Shown one piece after another: positions 26,106 to 37,765 of a stretch of DNA of 64,000 nucleotides. The DNA comes from Massalongia carnosa (taxonomy: Eukaryota), in contig OZ287068.1 in assembly GCA_965645245.1 (NCBI GenBank), positions 1,984,001-2,048,000 of the forward strand. Reading direction: 5' to 3'. Position 1 is the stretch's first letter; each line of letters begins with the position of its first letter. The notes beneath the pieces were generated by a model that had not been told where the DNA came from, made no database searches, and was given only the letters and a program-made list of their open reading frames with translations. A program made the position numbers and the translations under genes.

Positions 26106-26669
26106 TTCTACTTTGAACTACGATTATAGCTCCCCGGGCGTGACACATTGGCGATGATGGCGTATCTCGGCCGAAAGAACTTTAATTGATAACGAGACGT
26201 GCTGTGGCTCAACCTTCGCCTTTAACTATTAACCTTTTCCGATTAGCTCCGCGCTAACATATTTAGCCTACGAGTCTAACTTTTTATAGTTAGACTTTGC
26301 TTACTAAGTTTGCTGTGCCAGCACGTCTGAGGGCAAAACTCAATAATACAGGCAGGTTTGCCTTATAAATGAGAAAATGTTAAAATACAAAGCCGCCTTA
26401 CCCGATTAAGCGTAAAATATCAACTCGATTGTGTTATACCATACCATCGTTTTCTATGTGTATTATTTATGTGTTTTCCAACTACACGACACGCTGTAGA
26501 ACGCCATCAAGAAACAATGAGCGCGCTTTTTAACCTCGATGCAAGTTAGACAAAAGGCCCGGATCTCAGTCTACACTGGATATCTAGTTGAGTCACGAAA
26601 ATAGTAAGAGAATGACAGCTGCAAGCGGTCATTGATTCATAATTAACTTGTCATCTCTATAGCTAGACT

Positions 26670-28130
26670 ATGTACGGCAAAGCTAGGATCGAGCGGCAAT
26701 CATCCTTCATGAATAGGGTTGGACTTGGGTCGCGGAGGCCCTTCGAGCGGAGCTCAATGCACTGGTTGCAACGGCCGCATTTGGGGTTGTCCACCCACCG
26801 TCGGAGACTGACGAGCTGGGCACCTTAAATAGCTTCAAGGGTGCCGCATCGGTCATCATGAGTAAGGCGCCACGATGGCTAGATCCTATTCAGCGCGTCT
26901 GTTGTGATGCCACCGAGACGAGTCCACTCATCCTCAGCGCGCTATTCCGGTCGGGCGGCAGTTAACTATATTGTCCCTCTTTTGTCACATGTTGCGCCCG
27001 AATACGCCAACAAATTTTCAGAGCGTCATGGGCCTTTATATCTATCAGGGTGGCGCCAGGCGCAGAGTTCTGGATACTTTATGTCAACTTGGCTTGACAA
27101 TGTCGTATTCCACTCTTCAACGGCGCATGTCAAGCTTAAGTGACGAAGCGAGGCGAAAAATAAGGACGATAGGGCGGGCTTCAACTACTGTTGTAATCTA
27201 TGATAATTTTGTTTTTGTAGAAGGCCGAAGAGGCGAGAGAATCGGTGACGTAAGAGAGTTTCGATCAATTACGATCGCTTTGATATTTGAAGGACTGGGC
27301 CTTGGGGTAACGGTCTTGAGACAGAATATGTGGCAACCTGAGAATTATCCTTTGTTCGTCATAGGACTCGCACTAAGATTGAAACCAGATAACATAGACG
27401 CACAGGTAAGCATCAACTGTCACGGACAAGGTCCAGATAGGGAGATATACAAGAGTTACTATTTAGAAAGCTAGGTCTAGGGATAGTATACAAGACGTCC
27501 GACGAAGAGCTCCAAACACCTGAGAAACCACATAGGTTTTATAGCCATGGCTTCCAACTCCCCTATTCTTGACTTGCCCTCATCTCTGTTCCTGTTCTAA
27601 TTTCCTAACCATGATCGCTTTGACCTGTTCCGCCTTTCTCCATGCCGAAGCAATCTCTCTCTGCTGGGCAATCCCAGTCGTAGGCTTGGATAGTGGAGAC
27701 GTTGAGATTGGATTCGGGATATAGGAGTTTGGGAGTGCACTGAAGGCAGCGGAAGAACGTCTGAACACATGGGGCGAGGTTTCAGGATAGTTCGGAATAA
27801 CGGGTCACGGTTCTATTCAACATGCAGGGCAGGTTTCACGGCAAGAGAGCCTGTTAAATACTAACCCGATCAGGAAACGTGGGAGGGTGCGAGGTAATTC
27901 CATGACATCAACCACTTTTTCAAGCGGCTTACTTGAAACTGATGAAATGTGGACGAAGACTCAAATTCATCATGTCGAGTCGGCAATCCAAGCCCTTTAC
28001 AATGCTAAATTCAGCGACTTCAAGTTTCTTCGGGTTACATCTATGCCTGTGTTGAAAAGACTGAATCGCCTTCGAACGAAGTATCATCCGTTGAAGCCGG
28101 TTATGAAAGACGAAAGCACAACTGTTGAAG
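26670..28130 (+). pseudogene. DUF6589/Academ-type transposase remnant, truncated
   Basis: NFQSVMGLYIYQGGARRRVLDTLCQLGLTMSYSTL...VVIYDNF, later HPLKPVMKDEST. The 5' part has stops and frameshifts; the C-terminal part is lost. Confidence 0.7.
27418..27907. mobile_element. Solo LTR, family B (490 bp), inside the transposase intron
   Basis: TGTCACGG...CATGACA flanked by TCAAC direct repeats (27413-27417, 27908-27912). Removing it restores a short GTAAGC...CTGAT...AAG intron linking IDAQ to TQIHH. Confidence 0.88.
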
Positions 28131-28890
28131 ATCAAGCATTTCAGCTTGTGATTTCAACAAAGAACTGACTTGAATGTAAATCTCTGGTCGATCAAGAGGT
28201 GTTTTGATAGGTCGAGTTTCATCATGAAACCCACATTGACTTCTGACGCAGTTCAAGGTTTCTTCATTCAAAGTTGCAGAAACTCTCAAAAAGGGTATTC
28301 CATTTGACAATCGGGTTCGAAGCACCTCAAGATTGAAGTATTCAGGTCGAAAATCACGCCATTCCGATATCAGATGCAGCCCGTCGATAGCCAACAGACA
28401 AAGATTTGAGAAATAAGATGAATGACTGAGAACCATTTCGTTAAACAATTTCGACGTTGCTATTTCTGGACTCGTGAATACTGTAAGTAACAATTAGAAC
28501 GCTGACTTGTTTACAAACAGATTTATTCGACTTATCATGAGCGTAACGATTATGACGAATAGTAGTCAAGGTAGACGAGTTGTTATTGTCTCTGTTTAAC
28601 ACTATGGGTCGACAGTTGTCGATGAGAGTAAGTTTTTCACATTGCTCTTCTTTCAGTGCAATCAAAGGCATGATTATCAACACTGACTTGCAAGGCGAAA
28701 ACATCAAAGGAGCAGCTTGAAATAGTATGCTTTTCCGGAAGCCTGTTTTTGCTACCAAAATCAAATCCATCTTATCGCACAACAGATGATGAAGTGCATC
28801 CACCTGCGCCCTCTTTAGACGAAACCCGAAATAACGATCAACAACGCTCTCGATCTTCTCAAGAGTCAACGCCTGTATCGCGTCGTTCAT
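28130..28890 (-). pseudogene. RecQ-like superfamily II helicase remnant (first RecA domain only)
   Basis: Motif 0 FGFRLKRAQ, degenerate Walker A AKTGFRKS, motif Ia IIMPLIAL, FTSPE, degenerate DExH AIDGLH, aromatic loop EWRDFRPEY, motif III SATL, and LDRPEI. Confidence 0.85.
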
Positions 28891-30040
28891 ATTGATGTAA
28901 TAGCGCTACACTCGTGATCGAGTTTCGAACTGTCAAAAAGCACGCTAGCAAGGACGACGACGAGATTTTCGAGTTCGGAGCCCTGAAGGACTACAATAAC
29001 TTGATCCGTCAAGGCAATAAGATGGATATAAGCGCCGACCGTTGATTTGAAGAGCAAGACTCAGTTTGATATTGTCGTGCTGTTGTCGGGATTTGAGAAA
29101 CAATTTGAGTCGATGTTGCTCGACGAGGAAGATATTCGCGTAACGCATGTAGGGCGTTTAAATTTTAGGACATTCAATAAAGCATATCTGAAAGTAGCGG
29201 CGACAATGAAGTATTATATAACAATTATCATGTGTTGTCGTTGATCCTGTCCTGAACGTGAAAAACGATGATTTTTTATCTTAAGCACGAAATCTGCATG
29301 TGTTGTCACCAAAATAACGCGAACCTGTGCAGAGTTTGCCTCAGACGTGCCCGGCTAAGCCCCTTCGGGCTAGCCTTACAGAACGTTAAGCCCCTTCGGG
29401 TTATATCTCAGAGAGGGCACCCTTTGCTTGTTTCCTTTCTGTATTTTCGAGTGCATAGCTTCCCAGTAGATAGTCAATTCCACATCCCGGTTGAACCGTC
29501 ACAATTATAATTAAAAAAATTTAAGTGTGCAGTTCGAAAGCGCAACATTGTTGTAGCATAGGATTCTACTATTAAGAAAGATAGCATAAGATTTCGGAGA
29601 AGAAGAAGTCAGGCAGATGAACTAACTCTGTTTAAATGTACATATACGGGCTGTCTACAGAAAAACAGTACCCCCTTTCAGACTAACCAGATTAGGCTTA
29701 ATATTAGCAATAGAGTTGCTAACAATAGAGACCTGATACTATAAATAGAAGTTATCAAGCCTGATCTATTTAGTCTGGAAAGGGGGTGCCAATTGACTAT
29801 CGAGATGGATAAACTTTCCCAAAGTCATTCTTACATTTTTGCACTCGTCCCACTTGATACCATGCTCAAGGCAATACTGTACGAAGTAGTAAAAGCGACC
29901 TTGCTATCAATACCATTTATTAACTTTATTGATCGCTTAATCCCGCTTTGTCCTCTTTCTCATATCCTAGCTTCAAGCAGCTTTTTTGCTTGATCTTGCC
30001 TCTTAAGCTTCAGAATTTCATTATTACATGCCCAAGATAC

Positions 30041-30180
30041 TGTGCCAAACTTTGAACCCTGAAACTGCGCGGTAAAATAATAACAATAAGAAGCGAATGA
30101 ATTGGACCATATATCAAAATTTGGTGCAGTAGCTAATGGCCCTTCTCACCTTCATACCGCCTTTTGCAGTATGTAGGATA
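30041..30180. mobile_element. Orphan, diverged TIR related to the 52958-55557 element
   Basis: tgtgccaaactttgaaccctgaaactgcgcggtaaaa...aattggacca...tttggtgcagtagctaatggccc...ccttttgcagtatgtaggata aligns with 52976-53111. Confidence 0.85.
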
Positions 30181-30887
30181 CATACGGAGTACCACTGCCT
30201 GCAATCTTTCTGCACGCACTGTACTTTAGGTGTATCAACATTTGTGAGTGTTGTTATAGCATGCCTATTCAATACTGATAACATGACTCGATCGTCTACA
30301 AAATCTTCATCGTACTTACCATGGTAAGCACTGCGTGCTACAGCTTCCGCTTTTTCATCTTCTCTGCTGGCAGTGGGTAAGCTGGAGGCCGCGCCAGATT
30401 TTGTAAGCTTTACTGTGCTAATCAGCCTACTCGTCTACTATTTCAGGGTGAAAAAACCATGTATCATAATCGCCTGGTGGCTATTATTTAGCTCCGGTGT
30501 GCTCACCTTCAGCTTCTCTACCCGCTTCTCCCTCCATATAGCCTGTGCCCCATAGATAGTCCCTGCAACTGCAACACCAGATAGAACAGCTACTGCCGCA
30601 AGTTGTACTTGACGGGAGGAGGCTTGACGTTTGAACTAGGAGGCTATGGATTCAGCGTAGAGGGTTCGCTACCGAAGTGGATGTACTTCTGCTGCTTCTT
30701 AAGAGTTCTTTGCAGCTTCATACCGGAAGAAACGAAATATAACTAGGCGGTATTACTTCCAGTCTTGGGGGGAAACGGACAAAAATCTTCTCCCAGCTTA
30801 ACATAGGCCTCACCCCGAGCTGCCGCTTTTAGGATGAACGGGGTGATGCAGCAAAACTTCTGGTTGATAATGCTCCTCCACTCTCCT

Positions 30888-31406
30888 TATTGGAATTTGC
30901 CGAGATACCTGAATATTTGCGACCGAGGTTCTTTTGCCTCCTGCTTACTAATTTCCAGATTAGGCAATCATATGCTATATGCGAAAAGCTTCAGATATCG
31001 GCACGACTTCGGCAACTACGAGGAGGCAAAGGTATGCAGCAAGAATGCTACATTTCGGAGGCAATTCAGCTGTTCATGATCACTGAGTGTCTCGGTGTCT
31101 CCGGTCAGCAATAAGGTGTATTTTGCCCAGCTGAAAAGGTTCAAAGGAAGCAGGTTCATGCATTTGATATAGGCCGAGATGGAGGCCCTCAAGCAGTATA
31201 AAGAGACGATGATTCCTCATGTAATTTAGCTATTCAGTCGTTCAGAATTCAGTGCAGCAGATAGCTAAATTTGGAGTATCTTCACTGGAAATACGGAGTA
31301 CCTGCATCACGTTTGCCAAGCACTTCTCTTTGCCTATCCTTGATAGCCCTAGACCCTCTTCTCCTGCATCCCGCTGCCGTATGCCTGGTTGATTTTTTGT
31401 TCAACA
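30888..31406. mobile_element. Solo LTR, family A, copy 2 (519 bp, opposite orientation)
   Basis: TATTG...CAACA, reverse complement of 25336-25854 with about four substitutions seen by eye. Own TSD CTCCT (30883-30887, 31407-31411). Confidence 0.92.
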
Positions 31407-32267
31407 CTCCTTTCACCGGCAGTCTCTCGTGCAGCCTCAGATAGCCCTAAAAGATAATTTTGAGGCGGATACAATGGGTAATCCTTCATATTTGGCTGCG
31501 CCGAAACTCAACCGATCACCGCTCTTCAAGTCTTGCTCTAGCACTGTTTCTCTGACCGCCAACAAACCTTCCTGCTATACGGAAGAACGTTACCTGACTC
31601 GTTAGCCTAGCAAACCTATATCCTCCACCAGTCTAATTCTCGACTCCCCCCTTTATTCGAATGGGTTATGGGCTACAAAGACGCACCGACGGGGAAGTCA
31701 CTGGAAAGGGCAACAGCTAGTAGTCACAATCATTGAGCTCACCAGGCGGAGGGAAACAGTTAAGAATGCACAAGGCTGCAGACCTGAACTGATACCTTTA
31801 AGTGACGTTTTGATTATCAGTGGCGGGTACGGCCAGCCTAGTGTTCAGATGCACTCTCAAACCAAGCCAGCTGTATGCAGTGCGCTTTCTTGACGATCCC
31901 ACCAGAAATGGCCGAAATGGCATAAGGTTGAGGGACGTAAACCTTTGATCTTTGGCAGGGAATAAGACCATAAGCCCGAGAGTTGTAATGGATATTCTGA
32001 CAGCGTAAAATTGCTCAGATTGGTTAAGATGGATGGTGAAGCACTAGACGACCTCTACGGAGAGACTTGGGTTTCTGAGGCGTCATAGTGCCCGGAGAGT
32101 TTCAAATAACTGAATGGCGAGGCTGAAACCTTAGACTACAAGGCGATGACACCATTTGAAAGTAGGTAGTTGGCAAAGACCTGCATTACGTTTATTATCA
32201 TTGTAAACACCGCTAAATTTCTTCCATAGTGTTTACTTTTCTACTTTGGCAAAGTCGATTACTGCCC

Positions 32268-35203
32268 ATGAGAGATTCCATTCGTTCTGTAAGACCAGCA
32301 GATATGCTAAGGGCCAATGAGGCGTCGTTATATGATGCGGCTAATATCAGGTCGTTGCTTGCAGGTGGATCCAGTGGACGGCATTCTGATTTGATAGAGA
32401 TGGATGGACTACCTTTCCATGAGGAAGCAAGTACTGGACCTTCGCTTGCAGAAGATGCTCATGATATGGACGCTGATGGTTGGAAAGCCGATGGCTTTCA
32501 GCAAGACTATGATAACCCTGTGTATGTGAACGCTACGCCCTGCGTGGAGCTATTTCTGACAACTCTAGTTGGAACGTATGCCCGTCTTTGAGCATACGTA
32601 AACTATCCACCATATTCAGAAAAGAACTGCTTAAGAGTGGCAATTATACATTGTTGAAAAGTATGCAGGATGGGTCGGCTACGGCTGCGGTCATAACTGA
32701 AGGCGACTTCTTAGAGGCACGGTTTGCAACTCTACGGCTCCTGGGACCCTGGTTCCCAGAATCGGATCCACAGCATGAGAGGGCACAAACCTTTAGGACT
32801 TGGCATTCGAGAAGAGATGTTATGCTGCTTACCTGTTCCTTGACTGCCGTTGTGATTTTTCTAATTAACTTTTCAAGCACAATTGTTTTGAAAATGAAAT
32901 GGGGTTCCGCAAGTGATATTAATGATATCTTCAAAGGCGATTGCTCCCGTACAGAGCAGATTAGCACAGGCCTGCACCTGGTGATCAACTTGCTCAGTAC
33001 ACTATTGCTCGGCGCCTCGAATATGTGCATGCAACTTCTGGTGGCGCCTACACGGTCAGAAATAGATAGAGCTCATAAGAAATTTGCCTGGTTGGACATT
33101 GGGGTGCCGAGTCTTCGCAATCTCAGATATATCGGCCGAGAAAGACTGGTAATCTGGGTTCTGTTGGGTTTTTCCTCTGTCCCTATCCATTTCCTGTAAG
33201 CCCAATGCAATTTTGAGCTCTCATGAGACTAAAATAACTTGACAAGTATAGATACAATTCAGCCGTGTTTCCTACTGTGGCTAGTAATAGCTACGACTGG
33301 TTGGTCATTACTCCAAATTATTTAGACGGTGGCAATTGGGATCTGACCGCCACAAACGCAACGCTTCAAGAGCGCGGAAGTATCCAAATGCTGGGCCTCG
33401 TTAACGACATGGGCTCTCCGGTACTGCAGCCTTTATCGTCGTCTATCATCAAAGTTAGTTTACTTGGCTTGCCTACTCCCGACCGAGTTGCGAGTCTACA
33501 GGCTGCTGCGCAGAATAGCACAGGCTTTACAAGATTAAACAAATTGCAATGTTTCAAGCAGTATTCATCTCCCTTTGGGGACCGTTCGGATTTGCTCATG
33601 ATCGCTTCGGACACCTCCAATAACTCGGTCCTAGCTTGTGGGATAACTGGCGCCGCGGGTACCGCTCTGCAAGGATGGATGTGTCAACAGTCAAACACTT
33701 TCAGCTGTAAAAAGTTGGCATCAGGTGGTTATGAGGACGAAAAGGAGGAACAGCTGGTTATGACCCACTGGAACATACTTGGCTATGAAATCGAATATTG
33801 CATGGCTTCCCACCGCCAGACTGAACGTCTCTGCAGTGTGGCATCTTCTTTTCGCATTATGATTGGTAGGCTTATATCTTCCTATGCCGTGTAAAGGTTT
33901 AGCTAAAACACTTACTGTCGTTTGCTGTTTCAACTATTGCAAATGTATTTGCATAATATATACCGCCATCCGCTACGCCAGGCATTCAGACCCACCACTC
34001 TCGATCCTCGGCGATGCGCTGGCATCTTTCCTTAAAGTACCCGACCTCTTTACTAAAGACATGAGTATTGTCTCCAAAGCGGACATCACAATGCACTTCG
34101 ACAGCTGGAAACGACCCTCGCCAAAGATATGGAAGCCTTCCAGATTACGCTGGGCTTCGGCGGCCAGTCGGAGAAGATGGTATAGCATTTTGACATTGTA
34201 AGTGTTTGTCGGGTTTGAATGGGATGGAACCTCTGCTCAAAGTGTTCTCGCAGCTTTGTACTTCTCTTGGCGACAGCGAGTACCTTCCTCGGCATGGGCT
34301 TAAAAACTCTTAGGAATGAGCTGGCCCGAACAGATATGAAGTCGCTGACTCACCTGGGTCTGGGCAATCTTAGTTTCTTCACCCTCGTCAACTTTCTCCC
34401 CCGGCTCCCAGTAAGCTAATCTTCTATGCATGCCATTCGGAGCGCAGTGATGAATGCTGGTCTGCTTCTAGGGTAACTCCGCGCTATACTCCAACATCTT
34501 CTTCGCCAACCTCGCGCAATTCCTTGTCTCATTTATCTATCTATCATCCAATGCACTCCTCACGTGCCTCCTCGTAAGCAATGAGTGGGCCGGCTACCAG
34601 TTCACCCGTAAAACTCTACGAGTCTCCTTCCCCGAGGGCATCCAGAGGTCCACGTATTTCATCTCTATGCCGCTTAAATATGGCGTTCCACTTACGGTCT
34701 CGATGATGCTGTTGCACTGGACGGTCTCTCAAAGCGTCTTTGTGGTACAAATCATTAGTCACTTCAGTGATGGCACGCTAGATGGGAAAAGCACGCTTAC
34801 TGTGAGTGGGTATAGCCCTTTGGGGATAATTATATGTTCGTTATACTCCAAACCCTTCCATTTTCCTGTTTGAGCCAGCAACTCATATAGACAAAACCGT
34901 TTCAAACATCCCTGACTGTTTGTACACACAGCGTTCATCATCTTCGGCGCCTTGATAATAGCCTTGTTACTCATCGGCCTACGAAGATATCCTGCCGGTA
35001 TGCCATTGGCGTCAACTTGTAGCGCCGCCATTAGCGCTGCTTGTCACCAGCCGCTTCCGGACGATCAAGAGGCGTACATGTTTCCAGTGCAGTGGGGCGT
35101 GGTAGGTGTGGATCGGAACGCGGACGGGGTAAGGGTGGGACATTGCTGCTTTAGTACGGCGAGGGATGTGAAGGGGCCGGTTGAGGGAGATGTGTATGCG
35201 TGA
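32268..35203 (+). CDS. DUF6536-family multi-pass membrane protein, multi-exon
   Basis: FKGDCS...LHLVINLLSTLLLGASNMCMQLLVAPTRSEIDRAH...WLDIGVPSLRNL...SSVPIHFL|YNSAVF. Later PLSILGDALASFL, RKTLRVS...QRSTYFISMPLKYGVPL, MPLASTCSAAISAACH and VQWG...GHCCFS. Confidence 0.88.
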
Positions 35204-35483
35204 GGTTGGGGAAGTCGAAGGGTGGAAGAAATGATTTTTTTGTTTATCTGAGGGCGGAACGGTTGTAAGGAAATGTTGGTCCGGAACCACCTACACTGCT
35301 TCACACTTGACCAATACAATTTGCGGGAATCTACCATGCAGGGTATAGGAGCCATTGATATGAGGTGCTCGTTAGCCATATGAATATGCTGTACTCTGTA
35401 GATACTCTATATATTCTGTACATATTAGACCTGCTCGGGTTATGTAGGAACGCATAGGGGCCGATAATCATCCTCAGGGCATA

Positions 35484-36818
35484 CACTACTAGGCCAAAAG
35501 TCTGCGGCCCCGCACCCCACCAACATTTCAATCATTCTATTCAATCAACAATCAACCACGTCACGATTGCTGAAATGTCTTGAAACTTTACATAATGATT
35601 ACATACATACTAAACAAGAATTCCCCCAAAAATTGATTTTTAATATTTAGTATACCATCCTTCCGACGCTATACACGCTTTTATCCTCCTATTCATGCTC
35701 TCTATTAACCTCCTCATCATTTTCACATCTATCAACGTCCAGGCTTCTTCTAACGCTTTCTAAAGTACCTCACGAACAGTTTCATCACTGTCGATCACCA
35801 AATCTATGTTCGGGTTGACTTGATAGACGAGCTTTTTGAGCACATACCAAACGTGCTCGATGGGATTTAAATCAGGTGAATAGGGGGGCCAATCGGTGAC
35901 CTCTATGCCGTTCTCATTGAACCATTCCATCACCTTTTTAGCCTTATGTATAGGTGCGTTATCCTGCATGAAAATGAGGCCCGGTTGCCAAATTCCAAGC
36001 AGATTATCGTTCAATAATTCCATATATGAGTTCGCCGAGTACCCCATCTTCTTCGCAGCAAAATCACGAGCCAATTTGTAAAGATCTGACCTGTCATCTC
36101 CCCAAAAAGCTGCCCAGACCATGACACTGACTCCTTTGCCTTTGGGGACAGGTTGTATCATCTCTTTATTCCATTTTTCTTTCGGCAATCTGAACACCCA
36201 CTGACGCTGTTTTCCTGACCCCTTTTCCACCGAGCACTCATCTGACCATATAACTCTTGACCACTGCTCAAAAGTCCACTCACGCCGCAGCAAGCACCAA
36301 TCCAATCGTTTCTTGGCCACCTCAGGCGTCAATAAAGGTCGTTTTTAGCCACCCAGTTGGTTAAACCATACAGTTTGAGTGCCCGATAAATAGTCGTACG
36401 ACTGCAGCCGAGCCCCACTTCTAGTTTGATTTGTGCATAAGTGATTCGTGGATTGATTCGTGCATGCTTGATGATATAACGTCGATCGCGTTCTGACAGC
36501 ACTTCAGGCCATCCAGAACGTGATTTAGACACGCCGTCGTTGCGAATTGAGTGCTTCTGAATGGTGCTCTGCACGGTCGATTTAGTGAAATTAAGAGTCT
36601 TCCCAATCTCGGTCGGTGTGTGCCCCAACGCCTGGGCCCCAACAATCATACCACGTTGATATGGCGTCAATTCAGTGTTACGAGGCCGATTACCACTTAT
36701 GGGGGTCAAGGAAGCTCGAAGCATGGTGAAATGATGAGGTGGAAGATAGGGTTGATGAGTTGAAAACGCGAAATCACGAAAATTACGGGTTGGGCCGCAG
36801 ACTTTTGGCACGGGACTG
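35484..36818 (-). mobile_element. Tc1-like DNA transposon (1335 bp), non-autonomous copy
   Basis: TA|CACTACTAGGCCAAAAGTCTGCGGCCC at left and GGGCCGCAGACTTTTGGCACGGGACTG|TA at right: imperfect ~27-bp TIRs with TA TSD. Confidence 0.92.
35640..36724 (-). pseudogene. Tc1 (DD34E-type) transposase with a frameshift and a premature stop
   Basis: HTH region ELTPYQRGMIVG. Frameshift in the A-run of WVAKKRPLL (~36345). Catalytic motifs WSDEC, FMQDNAPIH, WPPYSPDLNPIE. Stop at 35760 precedes the natural end ...EGWYTKY*. Confidence 0.93.
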
Positions 36819-37308
36819 TACATACCTAGTGCCAAGACTGGAAACTGTGACGTACATAAGCGGTTAGACTCTAGGGTAATCTGTACAGATAGATTACTCT
36901 GTATGAAACCCTATTCTTGTATACGGTACTCTGTTCTCTGTAACTCTGTACCCTGTACCCAAACATCTCTTCTGTAATTGATTTCATAAGCACCCCCATT
37001 ACCAACCTGCCAAACAATAGGTAGCAACCGGGTTCCTCAAAAGAACCCCTTGTCCTCGGAAATAAGCACTTACCTAACTAACATAAATCCCTCCGCTTAC
37101 GCGAACCTAAATATTTATATTTAAGTATTTGTAACCTCTTCGCCTCCTCCGCTGTCTTCATCTTTCCTCCGTAAAACCGTGTCGTGAATCTTCTCTCTAC
37201 CGAGTAATTAAACCTACCTACCTACACAGCGCACACTCCTCTCCTTACCACCATCGCTCGTAATCTCCCCCACCTCGCAAATTCCCGTCACGCTTAGATA
37301 GAGCTAGG

Positions 37309-37765
37309 ATGGCCGAAACAGCAGAGCAGGCCCACCACTACAAGTTCAACATCGCCATGTCCTGCTCCGGGTGCTCGGGGGCTGTGGACAGAGTACTGAA
37401 GAAAACCGAAGGTTAGCCCCGTTTTCCCATTTTCCATTTCCGTTTCTTTCCTCGTCACTCTCTCTCTTTTTTTCCCTAGATTTATGTACTCCGTCCTCCT
37501 GCCTGCTCTCTTCCTCCCCCCAATCTATTTCCTTCCTTTCCTCCTCCTTCTTCTCCAGCTTCAGAGGCACCAAGCTGACCAAGTGTGCGACCCCCCCGCG
37601 AACCAAAAACAAACAGGTTTAGACTCTTACACAGTCTCCCTTGAGTCGCAAACCGCCGACGTGTACACCAGAGACGTGCCTTTCGAGACGGTGCTGGAGA
37701 AGATCAAGAAGACAGGGAAGGCGGTTAGGGGCGCGGAGAGGGACGGGGAGAGCGTGGAGGTTTGA
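37309..37765 (+). CDS. ATX1: Copper metallochaperone Atx1 (2 exons)
   Basis: MAETAEQAHHYKFNIAMSCSGCSGAVDRVLKKTE|GLDSYTVSLESQTADV...VLEKIKKTGK, with the MxCxxC and KKTGK motifs. Confidence 0.96.

Larger units (their letters stand above)
26321..29350. mobile_element. Internally deleted AcademH-like DNA transposon (transposase and RecQ-like helicase, convergent)
   Basis: Imperfect TIRs GCACGTCTGAGGGCAAAACTC (26321) and GAGTTTGCCTCAGACGTGC (ends 29350). A + strand DUF6589-like ORF and a - strand RecQ-like ORF meet near 28130. No TSD found. Confidence 0.72.

Noticed and set aside
25336..31406. A single 6-kb TIR or composite transposon
   Set aside because: The outer flanks (AAGCC, CTCCT) do not match each other, and each 519-bp arm has its own TSD, so these are two solo LTRs.
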